Positions 27,906 through 37,357 of a DNA stretch of 64,000 nucleotides are shown one piece after another (the stretch's first letter is position 1; each line of letters opens with the position of its first letter). The DNA is from Vulcanimicrobiota bacterium. Its GTDB lineage: Bacteria; Vulcanimicrobiota; Vulcanimicrobiia; Eremiobacterales; Eremiobacteraceae. The stretch is from NCBI GenBank assembly GCA_963812135.1, contig CAWETU010000005.1, positions 160,001 through 224,000 on the forward strand. Direction: 5' to 3'. The position numbers and the translations under genes were made by a program. The notes beneath the pieces are model-generated. The model was given only the letters and a program-made list of their open reading frames with translations, ran no database searches and was not told the DNA's origin.

Positions 27906-29486
27906 TCACGGGAAGTATTCGACGCTGAGCGTCGGCAATGCGTAGTGCACCTGGTAGAGCGAGCCGACCAATGACTTGCAGCCAAGTTGGGATTGGAGGG
28001 TTTGTTCACCCTCATGCGAGGAGCGGAAGACAAATCCATAGTTGGGTGTGGTGCCTTGCAGCCACTGGCGCACTGGCGCGGTGACGTCGAAGTTGCCGCT
28101 GAATCCTGAGCCTTCAGCGCGCGTATCAAACGTATTGAGGGCGAGCCATGGATCGCCTTGCCACCAGGCGCTCGTGCCCGTGCCGATCTCGGTAATGCAC
28201 GAATAGCCCGCCGCTTCGCTTATCCAGGTTTCCGGCATCCCGTTCGTACCCTTGGCAAGCCACCCGTCGCTGATTGACGGAAGATAGAGCGTGGCTTTCC
28301 AGAGTTTTTTCCCTTTGAGTTTGGAAAGATCGAAAACGACAGCGGCGCGCCACCACTGGCTGTCGTGGTACGCGCAGTTTCCATTATCGTGGCCGTCGTA
28401 CGCATACCCGACGATCATGTCATCATGATCGTCGAAGGAGTTGGTTTCCTTTCCCCCCAGGCAGACGAACCCCGGGTGATCGTGCACGAGAGTTGTGCTC
28501 GTATTGATGTGTTGTGCACTAAGGATTACGGTAGTCGTGCCGACGGTCGTCGACACGCACTTCTGCGTGCTTTCCGGCGATTCGGTAGAGCCCTTGTACG
28601 CGGTGACGACGTAGCATTTCCCCTGCCAAGTGCCGTCGCTTGGTTTGTCCACGCCGTACACGGTGACGTTGGTACCCTGAGCCTGAGTTGCGATCAACGC
28701 ATGCTGGCCGGCGTCGACCCGATAGACCTTGTAGCCGTCGACAGCCGTCGGACAGCCGTTGCAATTGCGCGGCGACCAATCCCAAACCAACGTGAGGAGG
28801 CTCTTGACCGATGCGGCGCACGCCAGCGGGCCGGCCAGCGGCACAGGGAAATGCTGCGAGCAAACGGCGGAATCGCTCGTGTAGTCCAAATTCCTCGGTG
28901 CTGGGATGGCAGGCCCACCTGCGTAGTTGTTGGGCTGCACGAGCGAATATGGCGATGGGGTATGCTGCGGCGGCGCCGTCGCCCGCAAGCCGGTCGCTAC
29001 CGACACCGGCGGAGTGCAAAACGCGGGCGGAAAATCGACGGGAATCGCAAGCGTATTGCCTCCGTACATTTTGAAGGTCGCGTTGAAGACGTGGTGTCCT
29101 TGCATATCGTTCGAATTCTTCAGACCCACGAGGGGCACGTCGACGGCGACGCCGTTGTTCACTGGGATGGCGGGCAGACTCGCGCCGCCAGCCCATGCCG
29201 GGTTCGCGCTATCTTGCACATGAAGGGCGTTGAAGTCGCTGATCGCGGGGCTGGCACCGGTGCCGAAGTTCCGGACTGTCAGGCGAAACGTGATCGCTAC
29301 CTCGCCCCACGCGCACGGGCTCGCGAGGACGTACGGCGGCGTGTAGTGTTCGCTGACCACCAAGTTGGGCACGCCGACCATATACTGCGGCGCGGTGACT
29401 GGAACCGGCTCAGCCAGCGCGGCAGCGGCACTGAGCGAAACAAGCAGCGCGAACATGACGAATTTGACAGACCCAGTCAAAGGCAT
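27906..29486 (-). CDS. Secreted multidomain protein (CARDB-like, FN3-like and DNRLRE-like domains)
   Basis: Signal peptide; PNLVV..TVRNFGTGAS; GYKVYR..YVVTAY..ESPES; FDLS..ATLYL..DVTAPVRQW..NYGF..PTLSVEY. Confidence 0.7.
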   Translation of the reverse strand: MPLTGSVKFVMFALLVSLSAAAALAEPVPVTAPQYMVGVPNLVVSEHYTPPYVLASPCAWGEVAITFRLTVRNFGTGASPAISDFNALHVQDSANPAWAGGASLPAIPVNNGVAVDVPLVGLKNSNDMQGHHVFNATFKMYGGNTLAIPVDFPPAFCTPPVSVATGLRATAPPQHTPSPYSLVQPNNYAGGPAIPAPRNLDYTSDSAVCSQHFPVPLAGPLACAASVKSLLTLVWDWSPRNCNGCPTAVDGYKVYRVDAGQHALIATQAQGTNVTVYGVDKPSDGTWQGKCYVVTAYKGSTESPESTQKCVSTTVGTTTVILSAQHINTSTTLVHDHPGFVCLGGKETNSFDDHDDMIVGYAYDGHDNGNCAYHDSQWWRAAVVFDLSKLKGKKLWKATLYLPSISDGWLAKGTNGMPETWISEAAGYSCITEIGTGTSAWWQGDPWLALNTFDTRAEGSGFSGNFDVTAPVRQWLQGTTPNYGFVFRSSHEGEQTLQSQLGCKSLVGSLYQVHYALPTLSVEYFP

Positions 29487-29554
29487 AGCCCGACCTCTTC
29501 TCAACCCATTTCCCGATGAACGTACGCGAGGCGTCGAAAGTGCCCTTTGCCGGA

Positions 29555-30049
29555 CTACGTCTTGAGGGGCTCGATCCGAACGCGGTCCATCTTGTCACCG
29601 ACCTTGATCTTCTGGACTTTATCAAAGCCCTCGGTGACCTGACCGAAGACCGTGTATTGCCCGTCCAAGAACGGCGCGGGATCCAAACAGATGTAGAACT
29701 GCGAGCCGGCCGAGTTCGGCGACTGCGCGCGCGCCATCGCCACGGTGCCCTGCAAGTGCTTCTGCTTGTTGAACTCCTCGCGCAGATTGTAACCGGGACC
29801 GCCGCGGCCGGTGCCTTCGGGGCAACCGCCTTGCACCACGAAGCCAGGCTCGACGCGATGAAACGTCAGGCCATCATAAAAGCCGGCACGGGCGAGCTTG
29901 ATGAACGCAGCGACGGTTGTCGGCGCATCCTCTGCATAGAACTTGAAGACGATATCGCCGTGCTTTGTGGTGACGCGCGCTTGCAGCGTTTTGGCGTCGC
30001 GCGAAAGCGTCGTCGCCTCATCGGCGGTCGGTGGAACGTGAACTGCCAC
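29555..30049 (-). CDS. Cyclophilin-type peptidyl-prolyl isomerase
   Basis: FYDGLTFHRVEPGFVVQGG, AMAR, SAGSQFYI, LDGQYTVFGQV. Confidence 0.95.
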   Translation of the reverse strand: MAVHVPPTADEATTLSRDAKTLQARVTTKHGDIVFKFYAEDAPTTVAAFIKLARAGFYDGLTFHRVEPGFVVQGGCPEGTGRGGPGYNLREEFNKQKHLQGTVAMARAQSPNSAGSQFYICLDPAPFLDGQYTVFGQVTEGFDKVQKIKVGDKMDRVRIEPLKT

Positions 30050-30106
30050 TGGTAACGCCTCCCTCTATTAAAGGGAATCGGCAGGCGCCGCGCCGCAAAT
30101 GAGGTC

Positions 30107-31936
30107 ATGCTCGGCGGATCGACCCCGTTCCACATGATGTACGCGATGGGAGCGCCCCCGGACGGCCAGGCGAAGCCGCCCAAGGTCGAACTGCGCCGCA
30201 TCCTGCGCTATTTCGCCCCGTACTGGCGCCAGGAAGCCCTGGTGCTTGCCTGCATCCTGATCACGACCAGCCTCGGCCAGTTGCCGCCGCTGTACACCAA
30301 ATGGATCATCGACGACTCGATCGCCAAACGCGACCTCCATTCGTTGTGGGTCTATGTCGGCGCGATGATCGGCGTCTCGCTGCTCGCGGCGGCGATCGGC
30401 GTGTGGCAAGGCTACCTCAACGCCGCGGTCGGCGAGGGCATCATGCGAGACATGCGCGATGCGCTCGTCCAGCATCTGCATCGCATGCCATTGTCGTTCT
30501 TCACCTCGACCAAGACCGGCGAGATCATGAACCGCGTGTCGAGCGACGTCGACGCCATCGACAACGTCGTCACCGGCACGCTCGTCACGATCGTCACCAA
30601 CGTGTTGATGATCGTCACAACGCTGATCGCGATCTTTCTCCTCGATTGGCGGCTCGCGTTGCTCTCGCTCATCGTCGTGCCGCTCATGGTGATCCCGCTC
30701 GGGCCGGTCGGCCGCACGATGTACGCCGTGCGCAAGAAGACGCGCGAACAGCGCGACAAGATCGAGAGCCTCATCCAAGAGACGCTCTCGCTCTCCGGCA
30801 TCACGCTTGTGAAGTCGTTTGTGCGCGAACGCCAGGAGGCGCAGCGCTTCCACGAAGCCGGCACCGACCTGATGAACATGGAGATCCGCTTAGCGCTCGT
30901 GGGCCGATGGTTCATCGCGCTGGTCGGCGCGCTCGTCGTCATCGGTCCGGCGATCATCTGGCTCGGCGGCGGCTGGCTGGCGATCGAGCGCGGCCTGCAA
31001 GTCGGCACGATCGTCGCGTTCGTCGCGTATCTCGCCCGATTGTACGGCCCGGCTGCGTCGCTCGTCTCCGTCCAGGTCCAGGTCGTGAGCGCGGCTGCCG
31101 TGTTCGAACGCATCTTCAATTATTTGGACATGGCGCCCGAGGCCCCGCAACGACCCGACGCGATCTCGCTCACCGATGTGCGCGGCGAGGTCGCGTTCGA
31201 CCACGTCCGCTTCCGCTACATCGAAGATCGCTGGGCGCTCGACGACGTCTCATTCCTCGCCAAGCCCGGTCAGCTGGTCGCGTTTGTCGGACCGAGCGGC
31301 GCCGGCAAAACGACGATCATGAACCTCGTACCGCGCTTTTACGATCCGCAAGAGGGCCGCGTCCTGCTCGACGGGCATGACGTGCGCGATCTCACGCTGG
31401 AATCGCTGCGCGGGAGCATCGGTATCGTCGCCCAAGAAACCTATCTGTTCCACACGACGGTTCGGGAAAATCTACTGTACGGCAACCCGAATGCGAGCGA
31501 AGCAGACCTGATCGCGGCGTGCAAGGCGGCGAACATCTACGACCTCATCGCCTCGCTGCCCGGCGGGTTCGACACGGTCGTCGGCGAACGCGGCCTCAAG
31601 CTCTCGGGCGGCGAACGCCAGCGGGTTGCGATCGCACGCGTGCTGCTCAAGAACCCGCGCGTGCTCATCTTGGACGAAGCGACCAGCTCCCTGGACTCGA
31701 CTTCAGAACAGCTGATCCAAGCGGCGCTCGAGCCGCTCATGCGCGGGCGCACCAGCTTGGTGATCGCGCACCGGCTCTCGACCGTCGTGCGGGCAGACGT
31801 GCTCCACGTCGTCAACGCCGGGCGAATCGTCGAGTCCGGCACGCATCATGATCTTCTCGCGCGCGGCGGCCTCTATGCGGAGCTCTATCGCGCGCAGTTC
31901 AAGGACGGCGCGTTGGAAGGACAGACGATCTCGTGA
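30107..31936 (+). CDS. ABC exporter, fused permease and ATPase
   Basis: TM domain plus GPSGAGKT, LSGGERQR, LDEATS, IAHRLST. Confidence 0.95.
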   Translation: MLGGSTPFHMMYAMGAPPDGQAKPPKVELRRILRYFAPYWRQEALVLACILITTSLGQLPPLYTKWIIDDSIAKRDLHSLWVYVGAMIGVSLLAAAIGVWQGYLNAAVGEGIMRDMRDALVQHLHRMPLSFFTSTKTGEIMNRVSSDVDAIDNVVTGTLVTIVTNVLMIVTTLIAIFLLDWRLALLSLIVVPLMVIPLGPVGRTMYAVRKKTREQRDKIESLIQETLSLSGITLVKSFVRERQEAQRFHEAGTDLMNMEIRLALVGRWFIALVGALVVIGPAIIWLGGGWLAIERGLQVGTIVAFVAYLARLYGPAASLVSVQVQVVSAAAVFERIFNYLDMAPEAPQRPDAISLTDVRGEVAFDHVRFRYIEDRWALDDVSFLAKPGQLVAFVGPSGAGKTTIMNLVPRFYDPQEGRVLLDGHDVRDLTLESLRGSIGIVAQETYLFHTTVRENLLYGNPNASEADLIAACKAANIYDLIASLPGGFDTVVGERGLKLSGGERQRVAIARVLLKNPRVLILDEATSSLDSTSEQLIQAALEPLMRGRTSLVIAHRLSTVVRADVLHVVNAGRIVESGTHHDLLARGGLYAELYRAQFKDGALEGQTIS

Positions 31937-32460
31937 CGCCACAGCAACTCACTCCGATCATCTTCGTCGTGGCCATCCTGCTGGTCATCGGCATTCGTAT
32001 CTGGCGGTCGTCGAAAGAGCAGCGTTTCGCGCCCGGCAGCATGTGGCTCATACCGATCATCTTCGCGGCCTACGTCGTCTGGTTGATCTTTGCGGAGGGC
32101 TATACCGACCTGCTCGACATCGGGCTGATGGCTGTCGCTCTTGCGGTCGGCCTCGCCATCGGCATGTACCAGGGCACGCACACGACGATCCGCGTCGATC
32201 ACACCGCCCACGCGATGTTCGTGAAGATCTCCCCGCTGGGCTCGATGATCTTCATCGGCGTCGTCGTGCTGCGCATCGCCGTCCGGTACTTCACCCTCGG
32301 ACCGGCGATGGCAGCCGGCGCGAGCACGCCGGGAACTTTGACGGCGCACACCCCCGCGAATCTCATCAGCCTTCTGCTCCTCGTGCTCGCCCTGGGCGTG
32401 ATCGCCGGACTGCGCGTGTATTTGCAGCGCTTTTACAACCGCGCGCGAGCGACGCTGTAG
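31933..32460 (+). CDS. CcdC/DUF1453-like membrane protein
   Basis: About 5 TM segments; GTGA overlap with the ABC gene. Confidence 0.6.
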   Translation: MTPQQLTPIIFVVAILLVIGIRIWRSSKEQRFAPGSMWLIPIIFAAYVVWLIFAEGYTDLLDIGLMAVALAVGLAIGMYQGTHTTIRVDHTAHAMFVKISPLGSMIFIGVVVLRIAVRYFTLGPAMAAGASTPGTLTAHTPANLISLLLLVLALGVIAGLRVYLQRFYNRARATL

Positions 32461-32469
32461 CGGTCAGTC

Positions 32470-34041
32470 ATGGCGGCTCGCATTGCGACCTACTCCAAGG
32501 CGACCCTGACGTGCGTCCTCTTGGGGACGATATTGGGTTCGAGCATGGTGTTCATCGACGGAACCGTCGTCAACATCGCGCTGCCCGTCATCCAATCCGA
32601 CCTGCACGCCACGTCGATCGACATGCAGTGGGTGGTCAACGCGTACACGCTCTTCCTCGCCGCGCTGATGATCGTCGGCGGATCGCTTGGCGATTACTTC
32701 GGACGCAAGCGCATGTTCGTCACGGGCACGGTGATCTTCGCACTCGCGTCGGTCTGGTGCGGGTTCGCACCCAACATCAATCAGCTCATCCTCGCGCGCG
32801 GGGTGCAGGGCATCGGCAGCGCGCTGCTCACGCCCGGCAGCCTTGCGATCATCAGCGCGACGTTCGAGGGGCAAGAGCGCGGGCACGCGATCGGCACGTG
32901 GTCCGGCTTCACGGCGATCACCGCCGCTATCGGCCCGGTGCTCGGCGGCGTCATCGCGCAGTACCTATCGTGGCGCTATATCTTCTTCATCAACATCCCG
33001 CTCGCGATCGCCGTCGTCGTGACGTCGCTCGGCATGCCCGAAACCCACGACGACGAGAAGGTCCATCACTTGGACTATGCGGGCGCGCTTCTGGCGACCA
33101 TCGGCCTCGGCGGATTGACGTACGGTCTGATCAACGCGGGCGCCGTCGGATTCGGCAATGCCTCGGTCATCGCGGCGCTCGCGGTCGGCATGCTCGCGCT
33201 GGCTGCGTTCATCGTCGTCGAAGGGCACGCGCGGGAGCCGATGATGCCGTTGACGCTCTTCTCGTCGCGGACGTTTAGCGGCGCGAACTTATTGACGTTT
33301 CTTCTATATGCCGCCTTGGGAGGCGTGCTGTTCTTCGTGCCGTTCGATCTCATCCAGGTCCAGCACTATACGCCGACCGCGGCCGGACTTTCGCTGTTGC
33401 CCTTCATCGCGTTCATGGTGCTGCTGTCGCGCTGGGCCGGCGGCCTCGTGGCGCAGTACGGATCGAAGCTGCCGTTGATCATCGGGCCGACAATCGCCGC
33501 GATCGGTTTCGCGCTGTTCGCCGTGCCCGGTGTCGGCGGCACGTACTGGACGACGTTCTTCCCGGCCGTCGTCGTCCTGGGCCTTGGCATGTCGATCACC
33601 GTCGCGCCGTTGACCACCACGGTGCTCGAGGCGGTCGACGAAGAGCACGTCGGACTCGCGTCGGCGATCAACAACGCCGTGTCGCGCGCGGGCGGATTGT
33701 TCTCGGTCGCGGCAATGAGCCTTGTGGTGCTTTTCGTGTTCAACATGCGCCTCGATGCGGCGATCGTCGCCATGCACGCGCCGCCGCCGCTCACCGCTCA
33801 CGTCACAGCGAAGATGGCGCCGGAACGCGCGAAGCTCGCCGCCGCGCAAGCCCCGCAAGACGTGCCCGCGCAGATCCGCGACGAGCTCAGCGCAGCGATA
33901 TTGACCTCGTACCAAGCGGGTTTTCGGGCGGCGATGATCGCCGGCGCGCTGTTGGCGCTGGCAAGCGCCATCGTCGCAGCGGTGTTCATCGAGGGCAAGC
34001 CACGGCAGAAAATTGGGGTTACCGGGACCAAGATAGCGTGA
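32470..34041 (+). CDS. DHA2-family MFS efflux transporter
   Basis: DGTVVNIALP, GSLGDYFGRKR, GPVLGG, WRYIFFINIP; about 14 TM. Confidence 0.93.
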   Translation: MAARIATYSKATLTCVLLGTILGSSMVFIDGTVVNIALPVIQSDLHATSIDMQWVVNAYTLFLAALMIVGGSLGDYFGRKRMFVTGTVIFALASVWCGFAPNINQLILARGVQGIGSALLTPGSLAIISATFEGQERGHAIGTWSGFTAITAAIGPVLGGVIAQYLSWRYIFFINIPLAIAVVVTSLGMPETHDDEKVHHLDYAGALLATIGLGGLTYGLINAGAVGFGNASVIAALAVGMLALAAFIVVEGHAREPMMPLTLFSSRTFSGANLLTFLLYAALGGVLFFVPFDLIQVQHYTPTAAGLSLLPFIAFMVLLSRWAGGLVAQYGSKLPLIIGPTIAAIGFALFAVPGVGGTYWTTFFPAVVVLGLGMSITVAPLTTTVLEAVDEEHVGLASAINNAVSRAGGLFSVAAMSLVVLFVFNMRLDAAIVAMHAPPPLTAHVTAKMAPERAKLAAAQAPQDVPAQIRDELSAAILTSYQAGFRAAMIAGALLALASAIVAAVFIEGKPRQKIGVTGTKIA

Positions 34042-34111
34042 TTTCGACCGAAAGCGGCCATTCCGCGTCTCGTTCCTCGGCCCAAGTGTGCCGCCTGACG
34101 CTGCTCAGGCC

Positions 34112-34141
34112 TTGATTCGCGGGGCCGCTAAATGCTAAGAT
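34112..34141 (+). promoter_or_regulatory. Putative sigma70 promoter for the zinc-ribbon gene
   Basis: TTGATT-18 bp-TAAGAT with TG extension, about 155 nt upstream of the GTG start. Confidence 0.5.
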
Positions 34142-34298
34142 GACAGAGGTTTTGGAAAGTCTAGGGTCACTGCCAGGGCGTCGAATCAGGAAGAATACTC
34201 CTCTTCGCGATCGTCAGGAAACCAGGACACCGAAACGTTCACTACTGACGTGTGTGTTGTCAGAGTCTGACAATGCACCAAGGGGAGTTTCAAACTTC

Positions 34299-34625
34299 GT
34301 GTATACCGACCAACTTATTACCTGCGTCGACTGCGGCAATCAATTCACGTTTACCGCGGGCGAACAAGAGTTCTACGAACAAAAAGGGTTCCAGAACAAG
34401 CCCAGCCGTTGCCCCGATTGCCGGCAGGCCCGCAAGGCCAGCCGCATGGGCGGCGGTGGCGGTGGCGGCGGCAGCAGCCGCGGCTACGGCGGCGGCGGCC
34501 AGCGCGAGATGTTCAAAGCAACATGCTCGAGCTGCGGCGGCGTCGCAGAGGTGCCCTTCCAACCGCGCGGCGACAAGCCCGTGTATTGCCGCGATTGCTT
34601 CCAAAAGCAACGCTCAGCATACTAA
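34299..34625 (+). CDS. Zinc-ribbon protein (zf-trcl plus CxxC-x17-CxxC) with Gly-rich linker
   Basis: CVDC..F.FTAGEQEFY..KGF..PSRCPDCR and CSSC..VPFQP...PVYCRDC. GTG start after AGGGGAG. Confidence 0.92.
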   Translation: MYTDQLITCVDCGNQFTFTAGEQEFYEQKGFQNKPSRCPDCRQARKASRMGGGGGGGGSSRGYGGGGQREMFKATCSSCGGVAEVPFQPRGDKPVYCRDCFQKQRSAY

Positions 34626-34634
34626 GCGGTTAGC

Positions 34635-34658
34635 CGGTCGAAGAAATTCGACCGCGAC
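34635..34658 (-). repeat. REP-like palindrome, copy 3 (variant)
   Basis: Reverse complement is GTCGCGGTCGAATTTCTTCGACCG. Confidence 0.6.
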
Positions 34659-34666
34659 ATGACAAG

Positions 34667-34699
34667 GAGGCCCGGCATTGCGCTGGGCCTCTTTTCTTT
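34667..34699 (+). terminator. Intrinsic terminator
   Basis: GAGGCCCGGC...GCTGGGCCTC stem followed by TTTTCTTT. Confidence 0.8.
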
Positions 34700-34708
34700 G
34701 AGCAGCTG

Positions 34709-35152
34709 CTATGATTGGGTTTGCAGAGGCTGCCTTGCTCGATTCTGCAGCATCCGTAGGTACCCGCCGAGCAACGCCGCCGCAAGGCCGAGGACGAAGA
34801 GAATCATGTACTCGCCGAGAGACACTGAGGCCTTGCCGGCGACCACGGCCCAGATACCGGTCGCCACACAAAGCCACGAGGACAAAATTCCGTTGAGCAG
34901 TTCGTCGTGCTTAGCGATCCAGGCTGCGACGTAGCCGCCGATCACGGACCCGGCAAAGCCGATCGAACCTGATACGACATAGAGACCGAGATTCGAGTGG
35001 ATGGCTGCGACATAGGCCACCTGCATGTTCGCGGCGTGGACCAGGTCGTATCGAGTAAGCATATAGATCGCGAATGGCAACGACAAGATGTTCGTGGCGA
35101 CAATGTCGACGATGCCGCCCACGAAGACTCCGAGGAGCGAAACCTTCTTCAC
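34709..35152 (-). CDS. Small integral membrane protein
   Basis: About 4 TM segments, GGYVAA..A...ELLNG motif. GTG start at 35152 assumed. Confidence 0.7.
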   Translation of the reverse strand: MKKVSLLGVFVGGIVDIVATNILSLPFAIYMLTRYDLVHAANMQVAYVAAIHSNLGLYVVSGSIGFAGSVIGGYVAAWIAKHDELLNGILSSWLCVATGIWAVVAGKASVSLGEYMILFVLGLAAALLGGYLRMLQNRARQPLQTQS

Positions 35153-35156
35153 GCGT

Positions 35157-35741
35157 CTATCTGCGAAGAGAGCTTTTCGAAATCCTTTGCGGCCTCTGAT
35201 TGGCATCGATCGCAACCGTGCCAGCAGGACGTGCGGCGTTCAAGGGCGCGAGAGCCGACTTTAGTCCCCCTGCGCCGAGCGCGCTAGCCTCCACGTATGC
35301 AAAGGCCCGCTCGAGCTCGGCCTCGTCTTCTGGTGTGAGCTCGTCTTCTGCGGCCTCAAAAATCATGCCATCCTCTTTGGCGATGTGCGCGCGGATGTAC
35401 GACACGTACCCGAGCACAGCGCGTTGGACCGCGCCATCCTGATGAGCGTCAAGCGCTTGTTCCAGGGCGCCGATCTGCGCCCGCCCGTCGACGTGCTCCT
35501 CTGCGAGAAGCGAAGCCATGCCCGCAAGCCGCGGACTGCGCCTCATCATATCGAACAGCGCCTGCTCTTCCTTGCCGTGGTGGTTGGCGTCCGCGTACAC
35601 GCGCACGAACTCAACCGCTGCCCTCAAGAACATGTCGCGCGACGGCCTCACTGTCCGGTCACCGATGACGTCTTCCATGCGCTGGACGACCTGCAAGATG
35701 ACTTGGTGCTCGTCGCGCAGCTGATCGAGCGCGCCGCTCAT
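35157..35741 (-). CDS. Hemerythrin (HHE) domain protein
   Basis: EH, HH.KEE, EH, HI.KED di-iron ligand pattern; ATGA overlap with bcrD. Confidence 0.88.
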   Translation of the reverse strand: MSGALDQLRDEHQVILQVVQRMEDVIGDRTVRPSRDMFLRAAVEFVRVYADANHHGKEEQALFDMMRRSPRLAGMASLLAEEHVDGRAQIGALEQALDAHQDGAVQRAVLGYVSYIRAHIAKEDGMIFEAAEDELTPEDEAELERAFAYVEASALGAGGLKSALAPLNAARPAGTVAIDANQRPQRISKSSLRR

Positions 35742-36529
35742 GCCGCAGCCTTCTCGAGCCGTCGCTTCGCCAGCAGCGCAGCGCCCAGCGCGTTGGCGAT
35801 CTCGGGTTCCTCGGGCACGTTCAATTCCTGACCAAGAGCCTCGACAAGCGCTTTGACCATGCCGCGCTGGCGTGCCATGCCACCGACGAGCGTGATCTCG
35901 GGCTCCACCCCGACACGCTTGAGCAATGCGACGGCGCGCTCGGCGAGCGAATTGTGGATTCCGCGCACGATGTCTTCGACCGAGCGACCCTGGCTCACGT
36001 GGTTGATGATCTCTGACTCGGCGAGCACTGCGCAGATGCTGGAGATAGTCACTGGGTCCTTCCCCCCAAGGCCCAGTTCGCCCGCATCTTCGAGATCGAT
36101 CTCGAGGTAGCGCGAGGCGCGCTCGACAAAACCGCCCGCACCCGCCGCGCATTTGTCGTTGGTCTTGAACTCTTTCACGCGACCGGCCGCGTCCACACGC
36201 ACGGCCCGCGAGCTCTGCGAACCGATGTCGATGACGCAGCGCGTGTTCGGGAACAGATGCGCTGCACCGAACGCGCCGGCGGTGATGTCGGTGACTTGCG
36301 TGTCGCGCTCCAGAAAGCTGGCCCGTCCGAACCCGGTTGTGATGACGTAATCGACATCAGCGCGTGACGCGCCCAGTCCATCTAGCGCCGCCTGGAGCGC
36401 GTTCTCAACCAGATCCTCGAAGGGCGGCCGAGTGCGCGCGATGTGCGAGCCGCGCAGCGTGCCGTCGCGTCCGATGAGCGCCACTTTCGTCGCGCGCGCT
36501 CCGATGTCGATGCCGGCGATGAAACCCAT
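35738..36529 (-). CDS. bcrD: Benzoyl-CoA reductase ATP-dependent activation subunit D
   Basis: AGIDIG, DIGSQ, NDKCAAG, SSICAVLAE (BcrD/BadG-like); ATG 36529 after AAGGAG. Confidence 0.8.
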   Translation of the reverse strand: MGFIAGIDIGARATKVALIGRDGTLRGSHIARTRPPFEDLVENALQAALDGLGASRADVDYVITTGFGRASFLERDTQVTDITAGAFGAAHLFPNTRCVIDIGSQSSRAVRVDAAGRVKEFKTNDKCAAGAGGFVERASRYLEIDLEDAGELGLGGKDPVTISSICAVLAESEIINHVSQGRSVEDIVRGIHNSLAERAVALLKRVGVEPEITLVGGMARQRGMVKALVEALGQELNVPEEPEIANALGAALLAKRRLEKAAA

Positions 36530-36543
36530 GATCGCTCCTTGTC

Positions 36544-37344
36544 CTATGCCGCGCCCGCGGCGGCTTTCGCGAGACCGTGTTCCATTGCGAACACTGCCGC
36601 GCCGATGGCCCCCATGTAGTGCGAGTCGGAGCACACGTTGAGACGCATGCCAAGCCGCTCTTCGAGCGCGCGCACCATGCCGACGTTCAGCGAGACGCCG
36701 CCGGTGAACGTGATCTCCGGCTCCAGCCCGACGCGCCGGACGAGTGCGATGGTGCGTGCCGCGATCGCCCCGTGGATGCCGCCGAGGATGTCGGGCACTT
36801 TCTTGCCTTGCGCGAGGTATGCCATGATGTCGGACTCAACGAACACCGTGCAGACTGTCGAGAGACGGACTGGATTACGCGCCTGGAGCGACAGTTCGCC
36901 GATCGAATCGAGCGGCTGGTTGAGCGCCTCGGCCGCCGTCGCCAGAAAACGCCCCGTGCCCGCCGCGCACTTGTCGTTCATGACGAAATCGAGCACCTCG
37001 CCGTCCAGCACCTTGATCCCCTTGGCGTCCTGCCCGCCCATGTCGATCACCGTCCGCGTTCCCGGGAAAACCGAACATGCGCCCTTCGCGTGACAGCTGA
37101 TCTCAGTGATCTGCAGATCGCCGAACATCACCTTGAAACGGCCGTACCCGGTGCCGACGACGCACAGGATGTCGCTGCGCGACATCCCGCCCGCCTCAAG
37201 CGCCTGTTCGAACGCGCGCTCCGCCGCCCGCGTCACGTTGGACCCGGTGTTGATGAGCGCGCGGGCCGCGATCGCGCGTCGCTCATCCACGATCACGCAC
37301 TTCGTCTGCGTGGATCCGACATCGACTCCGGCTGCGAATGCCAT
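36544..37344 (-). CDS. bcrA: Benzoyl-CoA reductase activation subunit A (short form)
   Basis: [50 protein letters not shown] 37344 after AAGGAGGAG. Confidence 0.8.
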   Translation of the reverse strand: MAFAAGVDVGSTQTKCVIVDERRAIAARALINTGSNVTRAAERAFEQALEAGGMSRSDILCVVGTGYGRFKVMFGDLQITEISCHAKGACSVFPGTRTVIDMGGQDAKGIKVLDGEVLDFVMNDKCAAGTGRFLATAAEALNQPLDSIGELSLQARNPVRLSTVCTVFVESDIMAYLAQGKKVPDILGGIHGAIAARTIALVRRVGLEPEITFTGGVSLNVGMVRALEERLGMRLNVCSDSHYMGAIGAAVFAMEHGLAKAAAGAA

Positions 37345-37357
37345 GCTCGTCTCCTCC

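Noticed and set aside
34448..34500. GGC trinucleotide tract as a phase-variable repeat
   Set aside because: It is interrupted and in frame, encoding the usual Gly-rich linker.
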